Source: an archaeon (GTDB taxonomy: Archaea; Iainarchaeota; Iainarchaeia; Iainarchaeales; JANQMZ01). Taken from it: 32,000 bases of DNA. Below are positions 1 to 9,321 of the stretch, piece by piece (within the stretch, counting starts at the first letter, position 1; each line of letters starts with the position of its first letter). The notes under the pieces were generated by a model. The model saw only the letters and a list, made by a program, of their open reading frames with translations. It made no database searches and was not told the origin of the DNA. The stretch spans positions 540,001 through 572,000 of the forward strand of contig JANQMZ010000007.1 in the NCBI GenBank assembly GCA_028279805.1. The letters run 5' to 3'. The translations under genes were made by a program, and so were the position numbers.

Positions 1-321
1 ATTTTTTAAATATTTAGAAGAAGAATCAAAGTCGCCTGTTGATAAAGCCATTTTTATTTTCAAAGACTTTGAATATTTTTGTTTTAAATCCTTAAAATGT
101 TCAGAAGCCAATGCACGTAAAGGGCATGTGTAAATTACTTTCTTTTTTTTGTTGATGATTGAATTTAATGCTGCTAATTCGGCTATAATTGTTTTGCCTG
201 AGGATGTTGGTGAAGAAACAATTAAACTTTTTTCAAATAATTTGGCGTTTAAAGCCTGCTGCTGCACTGTGTTGAATTGTTTGAACGAATTTAATTGCAG
301 TACTTTTTCCTGAATGTTCAT
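1..321 (-). CDS. Ski2-like / Hel308-type superfamily-2 helicase, N-terminal 107 codons (gene runs off the left edge)
   Basis: My own translation from ATG at 321-319 gives MNIQEKVLQLNSFKQFNTVQQQALNAKLFEKSLIVSSPTSSGKTIIAELAALNSIINKKKKVIYTCPLRALASEHFKDLK... SPTSSGKT is Walker A/motif I and PLRALA is motif Ia. The frame is open to position 1. It is missing from the ORF track because it is truncated. Confidence 0.7.
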   Translation of the reverse strand, partial: MNIQEKVLQLNSFKQFNTVQQQALNAKLFEKSLIVSSPTSSGKTIIAELAALNSIINKKKKVIYTCPLRALASEHFKDLKQKYSKSLKIKMALSTGDFDSSSKYLKN

Positions 322-344
322 ATTTTAATTCAATCCTTAAATGC

Positions 345-578
345 TTAAATTGTTTCTTCTTTCAATGACAAATGTTCATATGCTTTGTTTAAAGCTAAAA
401 CTGCTTTTGGAATATCGTTAATTCTTAAAGAGTTTGTTGATTTCCATTCATCATTTTTGTCTTTATAGTTTCTGCTTATGCTGATAGTATTGTATTTCCC
501 GCCTTGCTTGTTTTCATTTTCCCAAACAGCAACATTTAAGCCGCCTGCAGTAAACTTTTGAACCGGTTTTTCACTCAT
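345..578 (-). CDS. small (77 aa) protein, tentatively PC4/YdbC-like ssDNA-binding fold
   Basis: SD GGGGGTGA lies 5 nt upstream of the ATG. The pattern GLNVAVWEN..KYNTISISRNYKDKNDEWKSTNSLRINDIPKAVLALNKAYEHL (beta strands then a C-terminal helix) resembles PC4-like proteins by recollection only. It sits directly downstream of the helicase start region. Confidence 0.4.
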   Translation of the reverse strand: MSEKPVQKFTAGGLNVAVWENENKQGGKYNTISISRNYKDKNDEWKSTNSLRINDIPKAVLALNKAYEHLSLKEETI

Positions 579-659
579 TTTTTCACCCCCAAAATAATAC
601 TAAATAATGTATTTTGAGGTGTTTTAAAATTCAACGAGAGTGAATTTCCGCTGAATTTT

Positions 660-1199
660 TTAACTCAGCCTTGGGTCCCCGGAATAATCTGGGGCAATTT
701 TACATCTTCCGGTTTCAATGTCTTCTGAGTTTAATAATCTGTCAAGTTTTCCGTCACAAATGAAAGTGCTTCTGTCAACTCCGCATAAGCTGAATGTTTT
801 ATCTGCGCTGGGACTATAATAATATTTGAATGGGAGAATTTCTTTTGGAAAAAATTTAATTCCCTCTGCTTCATCAATGTAAACAATTTCCAAATCAGGA
901 AAATCTTTTTGAATTCTGCTTGCAGAACCGGGGTCATGTAATCTGTCATAAGCATCATCAATATTTTCCTGTAGTTCAGCGGACAAAGGAAGTTGTTCAG
1001 GTTCTTGAACAATTTCTTCTTTAACAGATTGTTCTTCAACAACAGGTTCTGATAATGTAGTTTCCGGTTCTTCATTCACAGGCAAATTTTGAGATAAAGA
1101 AGATTTTTGATCAGTTTGCTGAATTTGAGTTGTTGTGCACCCAGTTAAAAAAATTAAAATTGCTATTCCAAATAAAAAGCTGTTATTCATCGTGTACAT
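660..1199 (-). CDS. secreted lipobox-type protein of unknown function
   Basis: 179 aa. The N-terminal hydrophobic signal ends in LTGC (lipobox-like), followed by an acidic E/P/Q-rich linker and then a small Cys-containing globular part. Confidence 0.6.
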   Translation of the reverse strand: MYTMNNSFLFGIAILIFLTGCTTTQIQQTDQKSSLSQNLPVNEEPETTLSEPVVEEQSVKEEIVQEPEQLPLSAELQENIDDAYDRLHDPGSASRIQKDFPDLEIVYIDEAEGIKFFPKEILPFKYYYSPSADKTFSLCGVDRSTFICDGKLDRLLNSEDIETGRCKIAPDYSGDPRLS

Positions 1200-1243
1200 T
1201 ATTCAAAACCGGTTTATAATATTTTTGTAATGGTTTTGAAAGC

Positions 1244-2032
1244 TTATTTGAACATTAGGGCTCCGATGGCTGTCTGAATTCCTGAATTTTTGGAAAACAC
1301 AAATTTGATTTTTTTGTCCAGTATTTTTACTCTTTTTTTAATTATTTTTTGAACAATGCTCATTTCAGATAATTTTCCTCCGAAAACAATCCGGGAATGA
1401 TTAAAAGATTTGGCTGCAAAAACAGCATTTGAGCCAATTGACTGTGAAACCATGTTAATCAAGGCAAGAGCAATGTCAGATTTTTTAGGATTTTTTAAAG
1501 AACCAAAATGGGACGCTGTAGAATTAACATCGAGTAAGCCGATGCCTTTGGGATAAATTTCTTTCAAAGTCAGATCAACTTTTTTTAAATTTCCTTTTTT
1601 GGCAAGTGAAAAAAGAGCATTAACATTATTGATTCCCAAAAGCAATTCGGATAAACCCAGAAGAGTTTTTCCCCCTATTGCAGTTCCTCCGACATGTTTT
1701 ATTTTATTATTTTTAACAGAAACAAAAGCAGTTCCCGAGCCAAGTGAAACTGCAAGCACATTGTTTTTCCCGGAAACAAATTTTGCCCCGGTCCCTATTG
1801 CCTTAATTTCGTTCACGGTCTGAACAGGAATTCCTGAAATTTCTTTTTCAAAAAGATCAGCAAAACAGCCGGTTGCCTTAATTCCCGAAATTCTGTTTAT
1901 CGGGAAAGTTTTCAGCATTGAATAAAAATTTTTATTCTCAGAGGAAAAACTTTTCTTTTTTAAAATTTTATTTTTTTCCATTAAAACAAAATCGGTTGTG
2001 GATGCGCCCAAATCAATTCCAAGCACAGTCAT
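1244..2032 (-). CDS. ASKHA-fold kinase, type II (Fumble/CoaW-like) pantothenate kinase candidate
   Basis: 262 aa. It has the GIDLGASTTD phosphate-1 motif and VGGTAIGGKTLLGLSELL, which matches the GG(S/T)xxGGGTxxGL signature of type II PanK. Its start overlaps the CoaBC stop (ATGA at 2029-2032). Confidence 0.6.
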   Translation of the reverse strand: MTVLGIDLGASTTDFVLMEKNKILKKKSFSSENKNFYSMLKTFPINRISGIKATGCFADLFEKEISGIPVQTVNEIKAIGTGAKFVSGKNNVLAVSLGSGTAFVSVKNNKIKHVGGTAIGGKTLLGLSELLLGINNVNALFSLAKKGNLKKVDLTLKEIYPKGIGLLDVNSTASHFGSLKNPKKSDIALALINMVSQSIGSNAVFAAKSFNHSRIVFGGKLSEMSIVQKIIKKRVKILDKKIKFVFSKNSGIQTAIGALMFK

Positions 2033-3219
2033 TGTTTTTGCACATCCAGAAAAGTGTTAAAAATTTGAGAAGCAATCTTAATTTTTTTGGCCGGTTTAAA
2101 ATGTTTAAATTTTTTATCAGGAAAAACAACAAAAACTTCATTTTTATCAGAACCAAAAGCGTTTTTTTTAACATCATTTGCAACAATAAAATCAGAGTCA
2201 GCTTTTTGCAGTGTTTCAAAAGCTTTGTTGATTAAAAATTTTTTTGAAACGCCGAATTCGGCTTTGAAGGATATTAAAAAAATTTTTTTATTCCATTTTT
2301 TTACACTGTTTAAAATTTTTTTATTAGGAATTAATTTTAGTGAAGCATTTTTTTTTGAAGAAATTTTTCCCTTGATTTTTTTAACAGTAAAATCTGAAAC
2401 AGCTGCGGAATGAATCATTAAATGCTTTGCTTTAACATGCTTTTTAATCATGAAAAGCATGTCTTTTGAATTTAAAGCCTGAATTGTTTTAATGTTAAAA
2501 CGCGGCTTAAGGTTAGTGTTTCCCAAAACAAGTGTTACATTTGCCCCTCTTTCAAAAGCGTTTTCAGCGAGAGCGATGGCCATTTTTCCGGAAGCATTGT
2601 TTGACAAAATTCTCATGTCATCAATTTGTTCAAAAGTCGGGCCTCCCGTGATAAGAATTTTTTTTCCCTTCAAATCTTTTTGAACAAAATTTGCCTCAAT
2701 CAAATCAGCAACAACCTTAATGTCAGGAAATTTTGCTTTTTTTTCTTCAAATTTTGGGTTAAAAAACTGGACACCGTTAGAACTCAGAATTTTTTTATTT
2801 TTTTTAAAAACAGGGTTATCATACAAGGATTTATGCATTGAAGGAATAACGGTTAAGGGAATTTTTGTTCCGAGAGCAGTTGAACACAGCAAAGAAACAG
2901 TTGAATCGCTTATGCCTGAAGCAATTTTTGCCAGAGTGTTTGCAGTGCACGGAGCAATTAAAATCAAGTCGGCTTTTGTCAAAGTTTTTCCGGCTAAAAA
3001 AACATGTTCAGCTTTGCCTGTTAATTTTGTGACAACCTTGTTCTGGGAAGCCCATTCAAGTAACTCAGGATTTAAAACTTTTTGAGCGGCTTCACTCATA
3101 ACACAGACAACATTTGCACCTCGCCTTTTAAGCTCACGGACCAAACGGGGAGCCTGAATTAATGCAACAGAGCCTGTAACACATAAAACAATTTTTTTGT
3201 TTTTAAGCATAAAAAGCAA
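2029..3219 (-). CDS. coaBC: bifunctional phosphopantothenoylcysteine decarboxylase / synthetase (CoaBC, Dfp)
   Basis: 396 aa. The N-terminal flavoprotein motif is KKIVLCVTGSVALIQAPRLVRELKRRGANV..PCTANTLAKIASGISD. The C-terminal DFP part is KKILITGGPTFEQIDDMRILSNNASGKMA. An alternative start lies 9 nt downstream (MLKNKK). Confidence 0.9.
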   Translation of the reverse strand: MLFMLKNKKIVLCVTGSVALIQAPRLVRELKRRGANVVCVMSEAAQKVLNPELLEWASQNKVVTKLTGKAEHVFLAGKTLTKADLILIAPCTANTLAKIASGISDSTVSLLCSTALGTKIPLTVIPSMHKSLYDNPVFKKNKKILSSNGVQFFNPKFEEKKAKFPDIKVVADLIEANFVQKDLKGKKILITGGPTFEQIDDMRILSNNASGKMAIALAENAFERGANVTLVLGNTNLKPRFNIKTIQALNSKDMLFMIKKHVKAKHLMIHSAAVSDFTVKKIKGKISSKKNASLKLIPNKKILNSVKKWNKKIFLISFKAEFGVSKKFLINKAFETLQKADSDFIVANDVKKNAFGSDKNEVFVVFPDKKFKHFKPAKKIKIASQIFNTFLDVQKQ

Positions 3220-3368
3220 TAGAAAAGCAAACTGTATTTAAAGCAAATGAAGGACTTATACATAATGAATTTGTTTTAAATCATACAAAAACAGCTTAAA
3301 AAACCGATTTTTCAAAATATTTTTTTAAAAAAAATTAAATAAAATGGCAAAATTGTACATAATTATTT

Positions 3369-4016
3369 TTATGGCCATCGCTGAATTGCTTTTAAAGCAT
3401 TAATTGAATTGTTTAACTCTTCAATTTTTTTATTAATTGAATCAATTTGTGATTGTGATTTGTCTTTTCTAAAGTCCTGCAAAGAGTCAGCAAATTTTGC
3501 AACCTTTCTGTCATTTTTGTAAACAATTGAAGTTGTAACAGTTTCGGTTAACTGCTGCCGGTATTCATCATTTTTTACAAACATTCTGATCATTGGCTCC
3601 CAGCGGGGATCTGTGACCAGATGGGCAGGCAGTTTAACCTTGTCAGCCGAATCCCTGTAATTTTTATCCGCAGCATATTTTGCCAGATGTTCCCAGTACA
3701 AAGGGCTTGAAATTTTTTTAACAGAATGAACAGCATGATAAGTCTGTGCTTTTATCAGGCGGGCCTGCCAGTCTCTTTTTGTTGTTTCCAGTTTTTTTTT
3801 AACATCAGATTTTTGCTTTATATTTTTTCTTATTATTTCCTTTGTGGGATAAATAAGTTTGGGCCATTCTTTTTTGTCTTTTTTTTCAATTCTTATCACT
3901 CCGCCTGAAGCAAAATAATCCTCGATTTTTTTAAGAAAATCCTTGTTTTTTTTGTCTTTTTTAAGAAAAGAAAAGGCTTTCAAAAATTTTTTCATGTTTG
4001 AAAAAGTCTGCATCAT
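3369..4016 (-). CDS. hypothetical basic protein
   Basis: 215-aa ORF, K-rich with a C-terminal coiled-coil-like segment. I recognised no motif. Confidence 0.5.
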   Translation of the reverse strand: MMQTFSNMKKFLKAFSFLKKDKKNKDFLKKIEDYFASGGVIRIEKKDKKEWPKLIYPTKEIIRKNIKQKSDVKKKLETTKRDWQARLIKAQTYHAVHSVKKISSPLYWEHLAKYAADKNYRDSADKVKLPAHLVTDPRWEPMIRMFVKNDEYRQQLTETVTTSIVYKNDRKVAKFADSLQDFRKDKSQSQIDSINKKIEELNNSINALKAIQRWP

Positions 4017-4096
4017 TCTGGAATAATAATTTCAAATAGATTAATAAGGCTTTTTTTAACACAGGTTTTAAAATAATTACACAGAAGAATGCTATT

Positions 4097-4420
4097 ATGA
4101 TGCCAAATGTTGACCCCCGGCAAATGAAAAAAATGATGCAGCAGCTTGGAATAAAACAGGAAGAAATTCCTGCAAAAAGAGTTGTTTTTGAGCTGGAATC
4201 CGGGAAAATGATTATTGAAAATCCTGTTATAACAGCCATAGACATGCAGGGAAAAAAAACTTACACTGTAATGGGAGAAACAGTAAAAGAAGCAAGCATT
4301 CCTGAAGAAGATGTCAAAATGGTTGCAGAACAGGCCGGAATTTCAGAAGAAAAAGCAAGAAAAGCACTGGAAGAAAATGACGGGGATATAGCAAAAACAA
4401 TATCTCAATTCAAAAAATAG
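4097..4420 (+). CDS. nac: nascent polypeptide-associated complex protein (archaeal NAC alpha)
   Basis: 107 aa. NAC domain: DPRQMKKMMQQLGIKQEEIPAKRVVFELESGKMIIENPVITAIDMQG. C-terminal UBA-like: EEDVKMVAEQAGISEEKARKALEENDGDIAKTI. Confidence 0.9.
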   Translation: MMPNVDPRQMKKMMQQLGIKQEEIPAKRVVFELESGKMIIENPVITAIDMQGKKTYTVMGETVKEASIPEEDVKMVAEQAGISEEKARKALEENDGDIAKTISQFKK

Positions 4421-4473
4421 TTTCCAAAGGAAAAAACTTTTTTCCAGAGTTTTTTTAGTCTTTTTTGCCCAAA

Positions 4474-5805
4474 TCAGGCGTTTTCAAGTGCCTGTGTTTG
4501 GTCATGAATTACTTTATCGTCTCTTGTATAATATGTTAATCTGAAATCAATTTCTTCTCCGATGGAATGCCCGGGCAGCACCAATGCTTTGACAAAATTT
4601 TCATCAACAATATAAACATTGCCTCCGATCGGGTCAATTATTGAATCCGCAAAAATTTTTCCCTTTTGCCTTATAACCTGGCCTCTGACATCATAAGATG
4701 ATAACAATTGTTTCAATTCTTCAGAAACTTGGACAGCATTTTCCGAATTTATTTCCGTTTCCCCGATGATTCCTGCCAAAGGATCCGCAAAAGAATAATC
4801 ATTTATGTTTCTTTCTTCAAGAACATCTGAAATGCTTTGTTTTACATCAGAGTAAGAAAAATCTGTGCTAAAGGAAATGTTTACAACATTTTTTTCCTGA
4901 AACTGCTGGAATCCTAATTCTTCAACAAATTCTAATTCATTAAAAACAGTTTCAGCATCAGTTAAAGAAAAACCTGAAGTCTGAGGATAACTGACGGAAA
5001 ATGAGGGACTGTTTATTGTTATTTTTATTGTTGAATTTTTCACGCCGGATAATTTTTTTATCTCATTGTTAAGCTGTTCTGCATCAAAACCGTTGTAAGT
5101 AAAACCGGTTGAAAACACAAGCATTTTTTCAAGAGAACCCAAAACAAGTTTAACCGAATTTGTCAAATGTGGCAGGCCATTTTGTGTAAGGTTAAGAGTT
5201 TCAAAAGCATTGCTTTGAACAACTTGCCCGTCCTGCACGGCTATGCTCAAATCAATTCTTATTTTGTCATCTTTCTTTGTTGAAAAACTTACAATTGCTT
5301 CTGAAAAAGGCTGTGCAAAAGTCAAATCTCTTGTAAGGCTTAACTGTTCATTTGTAACTTCAACTGTTTTGGGAACTTTTACCAGTGCTTTTTTTACAAT
5401 TTCAGGGCTTTGAATTTCAGAAATTGTTGTTAAAGCCGAAACAATTGAGTCAAAATCATCAGGTTCGGCTGTAATCTCTGCAAAATATAAAAGCTGGTTA
5501 TCAGGGCTTGTCTGAAAAGAAGAATGATTAAAAGATTTAAACCCGGGAATTGCTGCAATTTTTGACTCAATTGCTGTAATGCTTATTTCTCCCGTTAAGC
5601 CTACAATTCTTAAAACCGGCAGAATTCTTTGAACTGTTGCTTCAACATCTTCAGCTTCAAATGAAAGGACTGTTCCCTGTGAAGGGGGTTGATGTGTCGG
5701 AGGCTGCTGTGCAGGCTGATGGCCTCCGCTTAAAAAAGTAAAACCTACTATTGAGGTTACTGTTAAGATTACTATTACAATTGTGGCTAACTGTTTTGTT
5801 TCCAT
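4474..5805 (-). CDS. N-terminally membrane-anchored extracellular protein, unknown function
   Basis: 443 aa. One N-terminal TM (LATIVIVILTVTSIVGFTFL) is followed by a P/Q-rich linker (HQPAQQPPTHQPPSQ) and a long acidic, Cys-free ectodomain. Confidence 0.6.
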   Translation of the reverse strand: METKQLATIVIVILTVTSIVGFTFLSGGHQPAQQPPTHQPPSQGTVLSFEAEDVEATVQRILPVLRIVGLTGEISITAIESKIAAIPGFKSFNHSSFQTSPDNQLLYFAEITAEPDDFDSIVSALTTISEIQSPEIVKKALVKVPKTVEVTNEQLSLTRDLTFAQPFSEAIVSFSTKKDDKIRIDLSIAVQDGQVVQSNAFETLNLTQNGLPHLTNSVKLVLGSLEKMLVFSTGFTYNGFDAEQLNNEIKKLSGVKNSTIKITINSPSFSVSYPQTSGFSLTDAETVFNELEFVEELGFQQFQEKNVVNISFSTDFSYSDVKQSISDVLEERNINDYSFADPLAGIIGETEINSENAVQVSEELKQLLSSYDVRGQVIRQKGKIFADSIIDPIGGNVYIVDENFVKALVLPGHSIGEEIDFRLTYYTRDDKVIHDQTQALENA

Positions 5806-5873
5806 TTATAAAAAAAAGCATCAAAAAAAGTTAAAAAAGCTCTCTTTCAAAATTTTTAAAGGGATTAAAAAAA

Positions 5874-6596
5874 ATGACTTTCAAAAAAGGCGATTTTTTA
5901 ACAATTAATTACACGGGAAAAAATGCTGAGGATGGGCAGGTTTTTGACACAACTTTAAGGGAAACAGCAGAAAAAGAAAAAGTGTTGGATGAAAAAAAAG
6001 AATACAAGCCTTTGAATTTGATTTTAGGGGAAAATGAGGTTTTGCCCGGGCTCGAAAAAACTTTGGAATCAATGAAAGTCGGGGAAAAGAAAAAAGTTGA
6101 ATTGCTGCCCAAAGAAGCTTTTGGTGAAAGAGATTCAAAACTTGTTAGCTTGGTTCCATTAAAAGAATTTAAAAAAAGAAAAATGGAACCGTTTCCGGGG
6201 CTTGTTGTAGACTTAAACGGGCAAGTGGGAAAAGTTCAAACTGTTTCCGGAGGGCGTGTCAGGGTAGACTTTAACCATCCTCTTGCAGGCAAAACAGTTC
6301 AATTTGAAGTGAAAGTTGAAAAGCAGATAACAGAAAAAAAGGAAAAAATAATGGCACTTGTTAACAAATTTTTTCCGGATTTAAAAGAAAAAGACTGGAA
6401 ACTTGAAGGAAAAACTTTACAGATTAAACAGGAAATTCAGCAAGAGCATGAAAAAGTTATTCAAAAAATTGTTGAAAAACATTTTACAAAAAATTTGCCT
6501 GTTGAAAAAGTTTTAATTGCAAAAGAATTTAAAAAAACAAAAAAAGATGAAAAGAAAGAAACAGAAAAAAACGAAAAAAAGCCTAAAAAGGGTTAA
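5874..6596 (+). CDS. long-type archaeal FKBP peptidyl-prolyl cis-trans isomerase/chaperone
   Basis: 240 aa. FKBP core: KGDFLTINYTGKNAEDGQVFDTT..GENEVLPGLEKTLESMKVGEKKKV..AFGERD...GRVRVDFNHPLAGKTVQFEVKV, with an insert-in-flap segment and a K/E-rich tail. Confidence 0.85.
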   Translation: MTFKKGDFLTINYTGKNAEDGQVFDTTLRETAEKEKVLDEKKEYKPLNLILGENEVLPGLEKTLESMKVGEKKKVELLPKEAFGERDSKLVSLVPLKEFKKRKMEPFPGLVVDLNGQVGKVQTVSGGRVRVDFNHPLAGKTVQFEVKVEKQITEKKEKIMALVNKFFPDLKEKDWKLEGKTLQIKQEIQQEHEKVIQKIVEKHFTKNLPVEKVLIAKEFKKTKKDEKKETEKNEKKPKKG

Positions 6597-6684
6597 AAGG
6601 CTGTTTTGAAGAGTAGTTTTATAAATATTGTGCTGTAGGAATTCTTTGTAAGAGAGATAATCTCACTATTTTTGGGGTATTTTT

Positions 6685-7326
6685 TTGTCTGCCGATGATT
6701 TAAAAACAGGAACAACAACAGTCGGAATTATTGCAAAAGATTCTGTTGTTTTAGCAGCAGATATGAAAGCAACAATGGGGCATTTGAGTTATGACCTGGA
6801 AGCAAAAAAGCTTTACAAAATAACAGACCACATTGGCTTGACAAATGCAGGTTCTGTCGGAGACTCACTTGTTTTAATCAGATTTTTAAAAGCACAAGCA
6901 CAATTGTATGAAACGGAGAGAGAAGAGGGCATGAGCACAAAAGCAATGGCTTCATTTTTGTCAAACGTGTTAAATTCAAACAGGTATTACCCTTACTCTG
7001 TACAGTTCATAATCGGAGGAAACTATAAAGAGCCAAGCCTGTACGAATTAACTCCTTACGGAGGCGTGCTGGAAAGAAACAAGTTTGCAGTTTCAGGTTC
7101 CGGAACAACTTTGGCAATGGCAACATTGGACCAGGGTTACAAAGAAAACATGTCAAAAGATGAAGCAATAAAGCTTGCCGTGAAAGCAGTTTCAGCTGCA
7201 AAAAAAAGAGACATTTATTCAGGCGGCATAAGCATTTCTGTAATGATAATAAACCAAAACGGGGTTCAGGAAATTCCCCAAGAAGAAATTCAAAAATACA
7301 TTAACAATAACGAAAAACTTAACTGA
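6685..7326 (+). CDS. psmB: proteasome beta subunit
   Basis: 213 aa with a short propeptide and then the catalytic TTTVGIIAKDSVVLAADMKAT. It uses a TTG start preceded by GGGGT plus a 6-nt A/T spacer. Confidence 0.95.
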   Translation: MSADDLKTGTTTVGIIAKDSVVLAADMKATMGHLSYDLEAKKLYKITDHIGLTNAGSVGDSLVLIRFLKAQAQLYETEREEGMSTKAMASFLSNVLNSNRYYPYSVQFIIGGNYKEPSLYELTPYGGVLERNKFAVSGSGTTLAMATLDQGYKENMSKDEAIKLAVKAVSAAKKRDIYSGGISISVMIINQNGVQEIPQEEIQKYINNNEKLN

Positions 7327-7385
7327 AAAAAAAACCAGTTTGTTTTTTTGTTTAACTAAAATTTTTGCTTTTTAAGTGAAACAAA

Positions 7386-9278
7386 ATGAACATATCAGAC
7401 AAAATAAAAGACATAGTGAAAAACAGTTTGCCTGCAGAAGCAGAGGTAACAAAAACAGAACTGGAAGGGCCTGAAGTTGCCCTTTATACAAAAAATCCGG
7501 GATTGTTTTTTGAAAACTCTGAACTTGTTGCCAAAATTGCTTTTGAATTAAAAAAAAGGGTAAACATCAGAACAGATAAAAATTTGCTTGAAGAAGAGGA
7601 AAAAACCCGTGAATTAATTGAAAAAATTGTTCCCCAGGAAGCAAAAATAACAGACATTGATTTTAACAAAGAATTTTCAGAGGTAGTAATAGAATCATTA
7701 AAACCCGGGCTTGTTATAGGAAAAGGCGGAGAAACATCAAAAGAAATTGTACTCAAAACAGGATGGACTCCAAAAATAATAAGGACTCCAACACAGCCAT
7801 CAGAAACATTAAAAGGAATAAGACATCATCTGAACAAATATTCAAAGGAAAGAAAAGATTTGTTAAAAAAAGTTTCAGAAAGAATTTACAGGGAACTCCC
7901 TCAAAATGGAAACGACTGGATTAGGCTTATTGCATTAGGCGGATTCCAACAGGTTGGAAGAAGCTGCATGCTTATTGAAACCCCGCATACAAAAACATTG
8001 TTTGACTGCGGAATAAACGTAGCATCATACCAGGAGCCCTACCCATATCTGGACGCATTGCATTTTCCAATGAGTGACATTGATGCTGTTGTAATAAGCC
8101 ACGCACATTTAGACCATTCAGGTTTTTTGCCATACTTATTCAAATCAGGTTACCGGGGACCGGTTTATTGTACAGAGCCGACACGTGATTTGATGGCATT
8201 ATTGCAATTTGACTATATTGATGTTTTGGTAAAAGAAGGAAAAGAACCTCCTTACACTGAAAGAGATGTCAAAGAACAATTAAAGCACTGCATAACAAGA
8301 GAGTACCGAGAGGTTACAGACATTGCTCCGGATATGAGAATAACTTTTCATAACGCGGCACATATTTTAGGCTCAGCTTCAGTGCACATGCACATCGGGG
8401 AAGGAGCGCACAACCTGGTTTACAGTGCGGATATTAAAAATGGTTTTACAAGATTGTTTGACAATATTGATACCAAGTATCCGAGACTTGAAACATTGAT
8501 TATTGAAAGCACTTACGGAGCCAAAGGGGATGTAATGCCGAACAGGCAAAGAACAGAGGAACGTTTTCTGAAAGTATTACAGGAAGTTTTGGAGCAGGGA
8601 GGAAATGTTTTGATACCGGTTTTTGCCGTGGGGCGGGGCCAGGAATTAATGCTTGTAATTGAAAACTTTTACAGGCAGGGTTTGATTAAGACAAAGTGTT
8701 ATGTTGATGGAATGACAAATGAAGCTTCAGGAATGCACACAGCCTATCCTGAATATTTAAGGCAGTCTGTAAAAAGAAGAATATTGCAGGGCGATTCTCC
8801 TTTTATGTCAGAAGTTTTTGAAGTTGCAGAATATGATAAAAGAAAAGAAATTCTTGAAACAGGAGGCAACATAATTATTGCAAGCTCGGGAATGATGACA
8901 GGCGGGCCATCAGTACAATATTTTAAAATGATGGCAGAAGATCCGAGAAATGCATTAATATTTGTAGGATACCAAGGAGAAGGTTCACTTGGAAGAAAAA
9001 TTCAAAGCGGCGTGGACAGGATTCCCATAACAGATGAAAATGGAAAAACAAAAGCATTGGAAATAAAAATGAGGATTGAAAGCATTGAAGGATTCTCAGG
9101 GCATTCTGACAAAAACCAGCTTGTAAATTATGTGCAGTCATTGCGTCCAAGCCCTAAAAGAATTTTAACAGACCACGGTGAAAAATCAAAAGCAATAGGA
9201 TTTGCACAATACCTTGGAAGAAAATTCAAGGTTAATGCGTTGTCAATGCAAAATCTGGACGCACTGAGACTAAAATAA
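7386..9278 (+). CDS. fttA: aCPSF1/FttA: KH-KH + metallo-beta-lactamase + beta-CASP ribonuclease (transcription termination factor)
   Basis: 630 aa. KH GxxG motif (VIGKGGETSKEI), the MBL motif HAHLDHSG, and a beta-CASP C-terminal region ending ..GFSGHSD..LTDHGE. Confidence 0.95.
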   Translation: MNISDKIKDIVKNSLPAEAEVTKTELEGPEVALYTKNPGLFFENSELVAKIAFELKKRVNIRTDKNLLEEEEKTRELIEKIVPQEAKITDIDFNKEFSEVVIESLKPGLVIGKGGETSKEIVLKTGWTPKIIRTPTQPSETLKGIRHHLNKYSKERKDLLKKVSERIYRELPQNGNDWIRLIALGGFQQVGRSCMLIETPHTKTLFDCGINVASYQEPYPYLDALHFPMSDIDAVVISHAHLDHSGFLPYLFKSGYRGPVYCTEPTRDLMALLQFDYIDVLVKEGKEPPYTERDVKEQLKHCITREYREVTDIAPDMRITFHNAAHILGSASVHMHIGEGAHNLVYSADIKNGFTRLFDNIDTKYPRLETLIIESTYGAKGDVMPNRQRTEERFLKVLQEVLEQGGNVLIPVFAVGRGQELMLVIENFYRQGLIKTKCYVDGMTNEASGMHTAYPEYLRQSVKRRILQGDSPFMSEVFEVAEYDKRKEILETGGNIIIASSGMMTGGPSVQYFKMMAEDPRNALIFVGYQGEGSLGRKIQSGVDRIPITDENGKTKALEIKMRIESIEGFSGHSDKNQLVNYVQSLRPSPKRILTDHGEKSKAIGFAQYLGRKFKVNALSMQNLDALRLK

Positions 9279-9321
9279 TCTGATTTTAAAAAATAGCCCT
9301 GATTGTATAAAAAAAGCAGAA

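Noticed and set aside
731-3085. ORF-track entries 731-1075(-), 1599-1823(+), 1918-2235(+), 2013-2219(-), 2087-2413(+), 2492-2683(+), 2626-2841(+), 2720-3085(+)
   Set aside because: All lie inside or antisense to better-supported genes (lipoprotein, PanK-like, CoaBC). Their products are low-complexity F/K/L/N-rich strings, as expected from AT-rich shadow frames, and they have no SD or motif.
3726-9150. ORF-track entries 3726-3908(+), 3961-4245(-), 5905-6138(-), 5909-6112(-), 7007-7201(-), 7484-7756(-), 8923-9150(-)
   Set aside because: These are shadow ORFs overlapping the 215-aa gene, NAC, FKBP, psmB and aCPSF1, which carry unambiguous family motifs on the other frame or strand.
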